A stretch of 64,000 bases of DNA from Burkholderiales bacterium (GCA_035518095.1 DATIXX010000035.1:30430-94429), one strand, 5' to 3'; positions 36,821 to 46,057 are shown, numbered from the stretch's first letter. Numbers and translations are program-made. Notes: generated from the sequence alone by a model not told the origin.

Positions 36821-37441
36821 CTACTTTGATTGAAGATAGTAGGCAACGGCCTCCATTTCGTCCCGCGTCATGTTTTTCGTAATGCCGATCATGACGGCGG
36901 AGTATGGCCGTAACCGGGTGCGAAATATCTGCAGCTGTGCGAACAAATAGGCGGCATGCTGTCCAGCAAGTCGCGGGAACACCGCTACCCCTTCTCCATT
37001 TTCGCCGTGGCATGACGAGCACGCTGCCAAATTTTTCGAAGGTATTCCGTTTAAGTAGATACTTTTGCCTTTCTCAATGAGCCTGGGCTTCTCAATTTTT
37101 CCTGGAGAAGGGGTCTGAGATTCGTAGTAGTCAGCCAAGCCCGTTATGGTATCGTCATCCAGCAGTGCCGAAACCCCCCACATGTAGGCTTGGGGACTGG
37201 CTTCGAGTCGGGTCTGGCCTCTGAACAGCTTGAGCTGCTGTGCAGTATACAAAGCCGACTGGCCCGCAAGACTTGGAGTTTGGGGAACCTGGCTGTGGCC
37301 GCCCTCACCATGGCAGACCGCACAGATGCGAACGACGCGGTCTACGTGATCCTCCACATTCGTATTGGTCTTGTCCGCCCACCCCAAATAGGAAATCAGG
37401 ATAAAACAGATCCCTGTCGCAATCGCAACAGTCTTGTCCAT
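36821..37441 (-). CDS. di-heme cytochrome c4
   Basis: 206 aa with a signal peptide and two CxxCH motifs (CAVCHG, CSSCHG). Confidence 0.8.
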   Translation of the reverse strand: MDKTVAIATGICFILISYLGWADKTNTNVEDHVDRVVRICAVCHGEGGHSQVPQTPSLAGQSALYTAQQLKLFRGQTRLEASPQAYMWGVSALLDDDTITGLADYYESQTPSPGKIEKPRLIEKGKSIYLNGIPSKNLAACSSCHGENGEGVAVFPRLAGQHAAYLFAQLQIFRTRLRPYSAVMIGITKNMTRDEMEAVAYYLQSK

Positions 37442-37511
37442 CCCGATTTTTTAATATTGAAACAAGCGGCTGTTTTGCAACGGTCGTACGTTCAGCCCTG
37501 AAAGCGAAAAC

Positions 37512-37844
37512 TCACACTTTCTTGACGTAGGCCGAGCACCAGCCCGTGTCGTGGACCAGCTTGCCGCCAAAGATAGGACATGGGCCCCATTCAGCTCCGG
37601 GTTTGCCCTGGTACAGCTGGCAATTCGAGCATTGCTCACCGGCCATGTATTTTGAAAATTTTGCTTTGTCGACTTTGGTAGCATCGAGCTTGTATCCCAG
37701 GCTTGCCGCTGCCGGATCGGTCTCATTTACGTGCTCCTGTGCTGCTGATGTACCGGCGCGCAGACCCATCGCGACAGAAGCGACTGCAAGTGTGCCAATT
37801 CTCAGGAAATCACGACGCCGAATATTGGTGCGAGTTTGCTTCAT
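37512..37844 (-). CDS. hip: high-potential iron-sulfur protein (HiPIP), Tat-exported
   Basis: 110 aa. Twin-arginine signal (RRRDFLRIG). Cys pattern is CSNCQLY...GPCPIFGG...GWCSAY. Confidence 0.9.
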   Translation of the reverse strand: MKQTRTNIRRRDFLRIGTLAVASVAMGLRAGTSAAQEHVNETDPAAASLGYKLDATKVDKAKFSKYMAGEQCSNCQLYQGKPGAEWGPCPIFGGKLVHDTGWCSAYVKKV

Positions 37845-37882
37845 TGCTCTTTTCTCCTTACCGTAAATTACACAACACCAGC

Positions 37883-38200
37883 CTACAAGGATTCCAGGTA
37901 CGCTGCAAGGGCCCGCTTTTGATCATCCGTGAGGTTCACGGCAATGCCGTGCATGATCGTAGACTTGCGCAGATTTTCCTGAATCACGGTAAGCTGACGC
38001 ACCCGGTATTGGGCATGCTGACCGGCTAAACGAGGAAATATGGCCGCCCCCTGGGCATCTTGCCCATGGCAACTCGCGCAGGCCGGAATATTTTGGGAGG
38101 GAATGCCGTTGTGGAACAGCTTTTTGCCTTGGGCAATGAGTGCGGCCGGAGCTGTCTCATTATAGCTACCAAAATGACGATTCTTTATACCTAAATAACT
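37883..38200 (-). pseudogene. truncated cytochrome c4-like gene (second heme domain only; no start, no signal peptide)
   Basis: A reverse frame is open across 105 codons with no ATG, GTG or TTG near its 5' end. It encodes ...LIAQGKKLFHNGIPSQNIPACASCHGQDAQGAAIFPRLAGQHAQY...LTDDQKRALAAYLESL, paralogous to the C-terminal half of 36821..37441. Confidence 0.6.
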
Positions 38201-38428
38201 TTATCTAGAGCGACTCCTCGCAAGAAATTACTGATAATTATTTTCATTCTCAATCAGGTCTCACGTGCTATCTATAAATTATATGAATCCTGTTCATCGA
38301 ATCGATCAGGCGTATGGTTCGAGCTCTTCGTAAAAAATGCTTTTGCTAGTCGACATAAATGATTCTAACTTCCATTAGCCGGGATGAAATCAAATTTCAA
38401 AATGAATACTTTCAAATACAGACGATAA

Positions 38429-38857
38429 ATGAAAATTCTTCTCGCAGTGGATGGTTCGCCGCATTCGGACAAGGCCACTAAAGCCTTGATTAAACATGCG
38501 GCGCTTTACAACAAAGCGCCCGAAATCTTTTTACTCTATGTCCATCTGCCGGTACCAAATTTGCCCGGCATGCACAGGGTGATCAGCCGGAACGCAATCA
38601 AGCGGTATTACCGGGAGGAATCGGAGGAAGCGCTGGCAAACAGCGGACGATTGCTGAATCGTGCAAAGATCATACATCGCGCCCTAATGTTCGTTGGCCC
38701 GGTTGCTGAAACCATCATCGAGCAGGCCAAAGCGCGAAACTGCGATCTAATCTACATGGGAACGCGCGGTATGGGAGGATTGAAAAATATGCTGCTAGGT
38801 TCCACCGCCGTCAAAGTGCTGCGCCTTGCAACGATTCCTGTTGTTTTGGTGAAATAG
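38429..38857 (+). CDS. universal stress protein (UspA family)
   Basis: 142 aa. Contains MKILLAVDGSPHS and GTRGMGGLKNMLLGSTAVKVL. Confidence 0.85.
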   Translation: MKILLAVDGSPHSDKATKALIKHAALYNKAPEIFLLYVHLPVPNLPGMHRVISRNAIKRYYREESEEALANSGRLLNRAKIIHRALMFVGPVAETIIEQAKARNCDLIYMGTRGMGGLKNMLLGSTAVKVLRLATIPVVLVK

Positions 38858-38925
38858 TCTATTCCCTAGCGGCGCGAGCGTTTTTAATTGTCGAATTTAC
38901 CCCATAACCCCCGCACAGAATTAGC

Positions 38926-39363
38926 TCACTTCGCGGGCCTCGCGGAGGCTTCTTTCATAATGTCGGCCAGAAAAGCGAAGGCTGCACTCCACGCCTTTCG
39001 CACATCCGGCGTGAAATCGCTTCCGACAACATTTGACAGCGTGTCCATCATCGCCTGTTCAAACGGCTGATAGTGGCGATCCCGCACTCCGTACATTGCG
39101 TGGCGCTTGCCCAGGTCGAAGATGATCGGAACAATTTTGTCCTGGATGTCGAGGCTATTCACAACCATATCGAGCATCAGAAACAGTGCCTTGCCCTGCT
39201 CCCGCATGTTGCCCCAAAAAAGCTGCCTGGCATTGGGATCGAGTTCAAACAGGCGCTGGTAAAACATTTCCCCTACTTGATCCGGCATGGCCGCCAGCTT
39301 ATCGAACGAGGTCTTAACAAGTTGGATTTCCTCTGGCGTCATAAAATCCTCGAAATCGTCCAT
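38926..39363 (-). CDS. single-domain globin
   Basis: 145 aa. Contains FYQRLFELDPNARQLF and the proximal-His region LGKRHAMYGV. Confidence 0.7.
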   Translation of the reverse strand: MDDFEDFMTPEEIQLVKTSFDKLAAMPDQVGEMFYQRLFELDPNARQLFWGNMREQGKALFLMLDMVVNSLDIQDKIVPIIFDLGKRHAMYGVRDRHYQPFEQAMMDTLSNVVGSDFTPDVRKAWSAAFAFLADIMKEASARPAK

Positions 39364-39381
39364 ATATGAACAGGCGGTTTT

Positions 39382-39585
39382 TTATTCCAGAATAAAACTT
39401 ATTTTAGCGTTAATCCGGTACTTCATAATCTTGTTGTTTTCCACCTTGGCCTCAAAGTCTTTAATATAAATCGACTTGATGCCGCTAAGCGTCTTTCCGG
39501 CACGCATCACCGCGTTTTGCGCAGCATCCTCCCAGCTTTTATTCGACTCCGCCAATACTTCTATGACTTTCAGCATATCTGCCAT
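39382..39585 (-). CDS. dodecin-family flavin-binding protein
   Basis: 67 aa. Contains LKVIEVLAESNKSWEDAAQNAV...KISFILE, the typical dodecin pattern. Confidence 0.75.
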   Translation of the reverse strand: MADMLKVIEVLAESNKSWEDAAQNAVMRAGKTLSGIKSIYIKDFEAKVENNKIMKYRINAKISFILE

Positions 39586-39635
39586 GACTGAACTCCTCTT
39601 CCTAAGTTAAAGCTTCCAAGAAAAGCTGCTATTTT

Positions 39636-40076
39636 TCACCTGCACACCAGCACCGGAATCTTGCTGTGCGTTAATACTTTGTTGGTTTCGCTTCCCAGGA
39701 TCATTGCACCAAGGCCTTTCCATCCGTGCGAGGCCATGAAGATCAGGTTGCAATTTTTTCTTTGCGCTGTGCTAATGATCGCCTTATAAGGCTGGTCGCT
39801 TACCACATGCACAGCTCCAAACCTGACCCGCGCGGCTGCAGCCGCCTTGCCCGCGGCGTCAAGAATTTTCCTGGCGCGCAGTTTGCTGTCTTTTTCATAT
39901 TCTCGCTTGGTGTCGATAACCATCAGGGGTTCATCGGCGAAAAACACATGAAAGGTGGGCGTCACGGTGATGAAAGTTATTCCTGCCCCGATCGATTTTG
40001 CAAATGCCACGCCTTGTTTGACGGCTTTTTGCGAAAGACTCGAGCCGTCGGTCGGTATCAGTATGTGCTTGTACAT
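39636..40076 (-). CDS. universal stress protein (UspA family)
   Basis: 146 aa. Contains MYKHILIPTDGS and ASHGWKGLGAMILGSETNKVL. Confidence 0.85.
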   Translation of the reverse strand: MYKHILIPTDGSSLSQKAVKQGVAFAKSIGAGITFITVTPTFHVFFADEPLMVIDTKREYEKDSKLRARKILDAAGKAAAAARVRFGAVHVVSDQPYKAIISTAQRKNCNLIFMASHGWKGLGAMILGSETNKVLTHSKIPVLVCR

Positions 40077-40184
40077 TGGGCCCTCTTTTAAGTGTTAAAT
40101 TGCCAATCCGGCATTACCTTTGGCTTCTTTTGCCGCTTCAAGAAAGTTGCTTTAATTATCAGTTGCGCGCTCGGCGGATTGCCT

Positions 40185-40198
40185 TGATCCAAATCAAA
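40185..40198. promoter_or_regulatory. FNR/Anr box, perfect consensus
   Basis: TTGATCCAAATCAA lies between the usp-dodecin-globin operon (ATG 40076) and the hybrid kinase (TTG 40333). Confidence 0.8.
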
Positions 40199-40332
40199 TC
40201 AGCTGCCTTTTTTTACCCGGAGATCGCGCAACCAGGCGCTAGCTATGGGCAGCGAACGGACTGCGCTTTGGCCGCTCACTCTCCCATCCTATACAATAGT
40301 AATGGTGGAGTAAGTGCTGAAGGAGGCAAAAA

Positions 40333-42069
40333 TTGCCAAGGAAAAAGCATTCAGTGCATAACGCAAGATCTAGAAAATCAACCAAAAATAAATCCTCTGG
40401 AAAGGTCAAATCGCTTGGCGATGCGGCGCTGCGCAGCCGCGAAGAGATTTGGGACGCGTTTTTTGAATCCGCCGCCGACGCAATCGTCGTTGTTGACCCG
40501 CAGGGTTCGATCGTCCAGGCCAACGCGCAGGTGCATGCCCTGTTCGGCTATCGTCGCGAGGAGCTCATTGGAAATCCGGTAGAAATCCTGCTGCCTGAGC
40601 GTTTTCGGGATGGCCACGTTGGCCATCGCATGGACTTCGCCGCTCAGCCGCGCACTCGTGCAATGGGCTCGGGCCTGGAGCTTTACGGCCGGCGCAAGGA
40701 CGGAAGCGAATTCCCGGTAGACATCATGCTGAGCGCGAAAAACTCCTTGCGGAAAAACCTTGTCATCGCCGCTATTCGCGATGTCAGCGAACAAAAACGG
40801 GTTGAACACGCGCTGCGTGAGGCCCGCACAAAGCTGGCGTTAAAGGTGGAGCAGCGCACCCGCGAACTAACCGAAGTCAACCGAGCGTTGCGCGATGAAA
40901 TAGCGGGGCGTACCCGCGCCGAGGAAGCGCTGCTCCAGGCTCAGAAATTGGAGGCGGTCGGACAGTTAACCGGGGGCGTAGCTCACGATTTCAACAACCT
41001 GCTTACCGTAATCAGCGGCAACCTGCAGATGCTTCGGGAGCGTGTCGCGCAAGCCCCAGTGTTGCGCGAGCTTGCTGACGCTGCGGCGAACGCTGCGGCG
41101 CGCGGCGCTGAACTAACGCGAAAACTGCTCGCTTTTTCCCGCAGGCAGCCGCTGCAGCCTCGGGAAGTAGATCTCGGCGAGCTGGTGCAAAACATGACCG
41201 ACATGCTGCGAAGGACATTAGGGGAATCCATCCGCATTGAAACGGCGGTTCGACCCGGGTTGGCAAAAGCAATTGCCGATCCGGGCGGGCTGGAAAACGC
41301 CCTGCTCAATCTCGCGCTCAATGCACGCGATGCGATGCCGCAAGGTGGACGGCTTACCATTGAGACCGCGGCTGTCGCGCCTGATGCCGCATCCGATATT
41401 GAGGGGAGCGATTTGGTGCCCGGTGAATACGCGATGCTTACAGTGACAGACACCGGCAGCGGGATGTCCCCGGAAGTAATAAAGCGGGCATTCGAGCCGT
41501 TTTTCACCACCAAAGCCGCTGGAAAAGGCAGTGGGCTGGGCTTGGCGTCGGTCTACGGCTTTGTCAAACAATCGGGCGGACATGTCAAGATCTTCAGCGA
41601 GCTTTCGCGAGGCACCACGGTACAACTCTATTTGCCACTGGCAAAAGGTTACGAGGAAGCTCTCGCGCAGGATTATGCGTTCAGTGGTACACCGCAAGCT
41701 GCCGGCGAAACAGTGCTGCTGGTCGAGGATGACGAAGGCGTGCGCGACCTCGCCAGCGTATTCCTGCGTGACCTCGGTTATGTGGTACTCGAAGCGGCGG
41801 ACGCACAACAAGCGCTTGTAGAGCTGGAAAAAGGACGCGATATCGATTTATTGTTTACCGACCTGGTGATGCCCGGCGCGATGAATGGATTGGAGCTTGG
41901 GCGCGAAGCCTTGCGCCGCAGACCTTCGATGAAAGTCTTGTATACGTCCGGCTATATTGAAAATAGCGTGGTGCAAGACCGGAAGTTTGAGGACAGCACA
42001 CAACTCATCAGCAAACCCTATACTCGGGAAGCGCTCGGCAGGCACATCCGCCGTATTCTCGAACAATAA
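40333..42069 (+). CDS. hybrid sensor histidine kinase (PAS-HisKA-HATPase-REC), cytoplasmic
   Basis: 578 aa. A TTG start lies 6 nt after AGGAGG. Has a PAS domain, the H-box GGVAHDFNNLL, a G-box GSGLGL, and a C-terminal REC (LLFTDLVMPG). Confidence 0.88.
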   Translation: MPRKKHSVHNARSRKSTKNKSSGKVKSLGDAALRSREEIWDAFFESAADAIVVVDPQGSIVQANAQVHALFGYRREELIGNPVEILLPERFRDGHVGHRMDFAAQPRTRAMGSGLELYGRRKDGSEFPVDIMLSAKNSLRKNLVIAAIRDVSEQKRVEHALREARTKLALKVEQRTRELTEVNRALRDEIAGRTRAEEALLQAQKLEAVGQLTGGVAHDFNNLLTVISGNLQMLRERVAQAPVLRELADAAANAAARGAELTRKLLAFSRRQPLQPREVDLGELVQNMTDMLRRTLGESIRIETAVRPGLAKAIADPGGLENALLNLALNARDAMPQGGRLTIETAAVAPDAASDIEGSDLVPGEYAMLTVTDTGSGMSPEVIKRAFEPFFTTKAAGKGSGLGLASVYGFVKQSGGHVKIFSELSRGTTVQLYLPLAKGYEEALAQDYAFSGTPQAAGETVLLVEDDEGVRDLASVFLRDLGYVVLEAADAQQALVELEKGRDIDLLFTDLVMPGAMNGLELGREALRRRPSMKVLYTSGYIENSVVQDRKFEDSTQLISKPYTREALGRHIRRILEQ

Positions 42070-42083
42070 TTGGCGCCCTACGC

Positions 42084-42500
42084 TTAAGCCTTGGTCTTAG
42101 CCATCCCCAGCCGGACACACGCCAGCAGGCGCCGGTTATCAAAAGGCTTGCTGAAGTAACCGAGAGCATTGATGTCTTTGGCCCGGCTCGAGGTCAACAG
42201 ATCTCCGCGGCCGCTTACAAATATAATCGTCAGCCGCGCATGGCGCGCCTGGAGCGTTTCTGCAAGTTCGAGCCCGTTCATCGCGCCGGGCAGATCAAGG
42301 TCCAGCACGAGGCAGCCGTCTTGGGGCAGGCTATAATCGGCAAGAAACCCCTCAGCGCTGGACCAGGTTTGCACATTGAATCCGTCCGCTTCGATGAGCG
42401 TTCTTAGCAGGTCGAGCACAGCTCGGTCATCATCCACTACAAAGACGGTAGTCAAGCGGGCGCCCTCGCTCATGTCCATATGGGCCCTTTCTCGAATCAA
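42084..42500 (-). CDS. single-domain response regulator (receiver only)
   Basis: About 130 aa. Contains VFVVDDD and LVLDLDLPGAMNG. Start is either the TTG at 42500 (TTGA overlap with the fnr stop) or the ATG at 42479. Confidence 0.8.
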   Translation of the reverse strand: MIRERAHMDMSEGARLTTVFVVDDDRAVLDLLRTLIEADGFNVQTWSSAEGFLADYSLPQDGCLVLDLDLPGAMNGLELAETLQARHARLTIIFVSGRGDLLTSSRAKDINALGYFSKPFDNRRLLACVRLGMAKTKA

Positions 42501-43315
42501 GCGACCGCATGTAGCGTTCCCCCACGCGCATCGTGACGCGCAGCGCGCCGCGCAGGTTTGCGCATGCTTGCGTCGTTTTTGCCTATTAATTTCCTCAAGC
42601 CCGGTATGTCCTTGAGATAGATGTCGCGTTTATCTGCGGTTATCAATTCCTCGTCCTGAAGCCTTGAAAAAACACGGCTCACGGTTTCGATGGTGAGGCC
42701 AAGATAGCTGCCGATTTCTCCTCGGGTCATGCGCAGGCAAAAATTGCTCGCCGAGTAACCCCGCGTCAGATAGCGCTTTGAAAGCTGAAGCAGGAACGTT
42801 GCGACGCGCTCTTCTGCGCTCATCGCGCCCAGCAGCAGCATCACCCCGTGATCGCGCACAATCTCCCGGCTCATGATCCTATGGAAATGGCGCTGCAAAG
42901 AAGGAATGTCGCGCACCAGCCGCTCCAGCTCGTAAAACGGCAGTTCGCACAGCTCGCTGTCCTCCAGCGCCACCGCGTTCACGGTATGAAAATCGGAACT
43001 AATTCCATCGAGGCCCATTATTTCGCCCGCCATATAAAAACCCATGACCTGTTCACGTCCGTCATCATGCAGCACAGAAGTCTTGAACGAACCCGCTTTA
43101 ACCGCGAAAATACAGGACAGCGGCGTCCCGGCATGGAAGACATAACAGCCGCGCTTGACGGGGCGCCTATGCCGAATCAAGTCGCCAAATTTCCCGAGCT
43201 CGTTTTCTTCGGCACGGGAAAGTAGACACAAATCATCCAGGCTGCAAACTGCGCAGCCCAATTGAGTATTGCAAGGGAAAGCGGTAACGTCATGCAGCGC
43301 GGTCGGGGTAGCCAT
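42497..43315 (-). CDS. fnr: FNR-type [4Fe-4S] oxygen-sensing CRP-family regulator
   Basis: 272 aa. Has the N-terminal CAVCSLDDLC (C-x2-C-x5-C) plus a central Cys in SELCELPF, aligning with E. coli FNR C20/C23/C29/C122. The recognition helix is ETVSRVFSR (the E--SR residues that read TTGAT). There is a basic C-terminal tail of about 25 aa. Confidence 0.9.
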   Translation of the reverse strand: MATPTALHDVTAFPCNTQLGCAVCSLDDLCLLSRAEENELGKFGDLIRHRRPVKRGCYVFHAGTPLSCIFAVKAGSFKTSVLHDDGREQVMGFYMAGEIMGLDGISSDFHTVNAVALEDSELCELPFYELERLVRDIPSLQRHFHRIMSREIVRDHGVMLLLGAMSAEERVATFLLQLSKRYLTRGYSASNFCLRMTRGEIGSYLGLTIETVSRVFSRLQDEELITADKRDIYLKDIPGLRKLIGKNDASMRKPARRAARHDARGGTLHAVA

Positions 43316-43536
43316 GAAATCCTCCAGTTCGAAACAAAGGTGTTTTCAGTCGTTGCATCAGCTCAACTGCTATCAGTGGCAGGTTTTCCATCTTGTTGTA
43401 TCTAGGCTATGATTTTTCGCGCAAAGCCTCTCTTTGGAAGCCACACAGGCAGACTAAGGCAAATTTGTAAACCGCAAATAACAGAAATGACAGATTTTGA
43501 AACAATGTGTAACAACATCCTGATTTAGCGTAATCC

Positions 43537-44247
43537 GTGCCACCGAGCAAACACATCTTGGTCGTGGATGATGAACCGGCGATCTGTGAGCTGGTGCAAA
43601 GCTATCTTTGCTCGGAAGGATTCCAGGTCAGCACCGCAAAAGACGGCGAGGCGATGCGCCGGGTCATGGATTCGGGGCCGGTCGATCTGGTCATACTTGA
43701 TCTTGTGCTTCCCGGCGACGATGGATTTTCGCTGACCCGATATTTGCGGGAGCACTCCGATGTCGGGATCATCATATTGACGGGCAAAGGAGAAACGGTC
43801 GACCGGGTCGTGGGATTAGAAATGGGCGCAGACGATTATCTGCCCAAGCCTTTCGAGTTGCGCGAGCTCCTCGCGCGGGTGCGCAGCGTTTTACGTCGCG
43901 TGGGTACAAGCCGCAACCACGCCAACGCGGCTAATGTCGCGCGCTTCGCAGGTTGGCGGCTGGATTTTTCAAGCCGGCGGTTATATTCCCCGGACAACGT
44001 AGATACCCCCCTTACTGCAGGAGAATTTGATTTGCTGGCGGTTTTCGTGACTCATCCGAACCGGATACTGAGCCGGGATGAACTCCTGGATCTCACGCGC
44101 GGGCGCGCGGCAGGACCGTTTGACCGCACCATCGATGTGCAGGTGGGCCGTTTGCGGCAAAAGATCGAGCCCGACGCGCAACATCCCACATTGATCAAGA
44201 CGATAAGGACCGCGGGTTACTTGTTTACGCCCCCGGTGAAGAGCTAA
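43537..44247 (+). CDS. OmpR/PhoB-family response regulator (no cognate kinase adjacent)
   Basis: 236 aa with a GTG start. REC domain (LVILDLVLPGDDG) plus a winged-helix domain (LTAGEFDLL...IKTIRTAGY). Confidence 0.9.
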   Translation: MPPSKHILVVDDEPAICELVQSYLCSEGFQVSTAKDGEAMRRVMDSGPVDLVILDLVLPGDDGFSLTRYLREHSDVGIIILTGKGETVDRVVGLEMGADDYLPKPFELRELLARVRSVLRRVGTSRNHANAANVARFAGWRLDFSSRRLYSPDNVDTPLTAGEFDLLAVFVTHPNRILSRDELLDLTRGRAAGPFDRTIDVQVGRLRQKIEPDAQHPTLIKTIRTAGYLFTPPVKS

Positions 44248-45176
44248 ACAGTGTACTGCGTATCAAAAAACCTGTAGCCGTTGCCGCCGGCTTTCTTGGC
44301 CTCGTACATGGCGCGGTCCGCAAAAGCGAGCAGCCGTTCAGGGTCGTTTCCATCCTTCGGGTACAGCGCGATGCCCACGCTGGTTTTGATATTCACTTTC
44401 ACCCCGTAAAAATTGTAGGACTGGCCGATTCGGGTCACCAGCTTTTCGCCAAGCGCCTGGGCTGCCTGCGGATTTTCAATGTCGGTCTGAACGATGACGA
44501 ACTCGTCGCCTCCGAGGCGCGCCACCATATCCGTCTTGCGCACCGAAGCGTTTAGCCGTTCCGCTATCGCCTTTAGCAACCGATCACCGACCCGATGACC
44601 GAGCCTATCGTTTACGTTCTTGAATCCATCCATATCTAGAAAAAGAATTCCAACCAAGCGCCCGGCACGTTGCGCCACAGAAACCGCGTCCTCGAGGAAC
44701 TTAAGCAGCAATTCGCGGTTGGCAAGGCCGGTCAGGCTGTCGTGATAAGCGAGAAAATGCGTGCGCTCGATTTCCTTTTCCCGCGATGTCAGATCGTGCT
44801 GGATGGCGATGAAGTGGGTAACGTTGCCCGTTTCGTCCATCAGCGGCGTAATGATTTCTTCTACAACGAAAAGCGCGCCGTCCTTCCTGCGCTCCACCAT
44901 CTTGCCGCGCCAAACCCTGCCGGAGCAAATTGTCTCCCACATCTCTTTGTAAAAGCGCGGGTCCTGGCGGCCGGACTTCAGAAAGCTCGCTTTGCGACCC
45001 AGTACTTCTTGCTCCGAATAGCCGCTCAATTGCCAAAAAGCGCTGTTGGACCAGACGATGAAACCCCGGGAATCTGTGATAAAGATCGCGTTTGCGACCT
45101 TGGCAAGCGCATCGGCCAGCAGATCCTGCTGAACACTGCTTAGCGCGTTGTTTTGAGTGCGCTTGACCTTAGTCAT
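44244..45176 (-). CDS. PAS-GGDEF diguanylate cyclase
   Basis: 310 aa. A PAS domain followed by RLGGDEFVIV and an intact RxxD-like region. Confidence 0.88.
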   Translation of the reverse strand: MTKVKRTQNNALSSVQQDLLADALAKVANAIFITDSRGFIVWSNSAFWQLSGYSEQEVLGRKASFLKSGRQDPRFYKEMWETICSGRVWRGKMVERRKDGALFVVEEIITPLMDETGNVTHFIAIQHDLTSREKEIERTHFLAYHDSLTGLANRELLLKFLEDAVSVAQRAGRLVGILFLDMDGFKNVNDRLGHRVGDRLLKAIAERLNASVRKTDMVARLGGDEFVIVQTDIENPQAAQALGEKLVTRIGQSYNFYGVKVNIKTSVGIALYPKDGNDPERLLAFADRAMYEAKKAGGNGYRFFDTQYTV

Positions 45177-45202
45177 AAAAATGGACGGTTGGGAGTGTCT
45201 GT

Positions 45203-45216
45203 TTGATCCAGGTCAA
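45203..45216. promoter_or_regulatory. FNR/Anr-type box (9/10)
   Basis: TTGATCCAGGTCAA lies between the GGDEF gene and hsp20, 123 nt upstream of the hsp20 ATG. Confidence 0.6.
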
Positions 45217-45338
45217 AAACTGCCTGTGACTTTTGGATTATATTTTAAATACGCGAAACAAGTGGTCGTTTGCAGCCGTTTACGGTGCAGTGCTTGTTTC
45301 CCCACATTTTATTTAATTATTTTGATGAGGAGCAAACC

Positions 45339-45773
45339 ATGGCTGGCAATATCACACGTTACGATCCGCTTTCAATGATGGATACCGATCTTGATGACTG
45401 GTTCAAGGGTTTTTTTCTGCGCCCAATTAGTCTGCAGGGGCAGCCGTCGCTGCAGATAAAGATGGATGTTAGCGAGAATGACAAGGCCTACAAAGTACGC
45501 GCCGAAATTCCGGGCGTGAAGAAGGAAGACATCGCTGTCAACATCGACGAAAAACAGGTCGCGATCAGCGCGGAAGTAAAAGAGGAAAAGGAAAAGAAAG
45601 ACGGCGAAAAGGTGGTTCACAAGGAGCGCTATTACGGCAACGTGTTCCGCAGTTTCACGCTTCCCCAGGATGTCGACGAAAAGGCCGCACAGGCTCACTA
45701 TGAGGACGGCGTGCTGGAACTCACCCTGCCCAAAAGACCGGCAAGCAAAGCAAAACAGCTGACTATTTCCTGA
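45339..45773 (+). CDS. Hsp20/alpha-crystallin small heat-shock protein
   Basis: Start trimmed to the ATG at 45339, which follows GAGGAG. Contains the alpha-crystallin core (DVSENDKAYKVRAEIPGVKKEDIAV...FTLPQDVD...GVLELTLPK). Confidence 0.9.
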   Translation: MAGNITRYDPLSMMDTDLDDWFKGFFLRPISLQGQPSLQIKMDVSENDKAYKVRAEIPGVKKEDIAVNIDEKQVAISAEVKEEKEKKDGEKVVHKERYYGNVFRSFTLPQDVDEKAAQAHYEDGVLELTLPKRPASKAKQLTIS

Positions 45774-45781
45774 GCTTTTAG

Positions 45782-45809
45782 GCGCCGGCAATTAGCCGGC
45801 GCATTTATT
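45782..45809 (+). terminator. rho-independent terminator after hsp20
   Basis: 8-bp stem GCGCCGGC/GCCGGCGC with loop AATTA, followed by ATTTATT. Confidence 0.7.
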
Positions 45810-46043
45810 GTAGTTAAGCTAGGCGATAGTGGTGCCATCGCGCGGGTGATTGCGGGCAAAAATTGTCTTGAAGCTGACCGGAGGCAAAGCCGGGGCGGTG
45901 AAATTCACAATTGCGAGCGCGACCGGATGTCTCGAAGCACTTCGTCGTGCGCAAGCTGGAAGCGAATTTGATTTCCGCGAGAAGGGGGAGCGTACTAATA
46001 TTGTCAAAGCCTTTTGGCATTAAATCGTGGCATTCTCGCCGCC

Positions 46044-46057
46044 TTGATCGGTATCAG
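46044..46057. promoter_or_regulatory. FNR-like box (9/10)
   Basis: TTGATCGGTATCAG, 64 nt upstream of the adh ATG. Confidence 0.45.

Noticed and set aside
43527-43542. Minus-strand TGGCACGGATTACGCT upstream of fnr
   Set aside because: The -24 element is perfect but the -12 element is weak (TACGCT). It also overlaps the GTG start of the OmpR-type regulator, so I cannot support it without data.
45322-45335. 9/10 FNR-like matches at 45322 (TTGATGAGGAGCAA) and at 59132..59145 (TTGATCGTGATCCA)
   Set aside because: The first is simply the hsp20 RBS region, 4 nt from the ATG. The second is deep inside the GH63 coding sequence. Both are compatible with chance.
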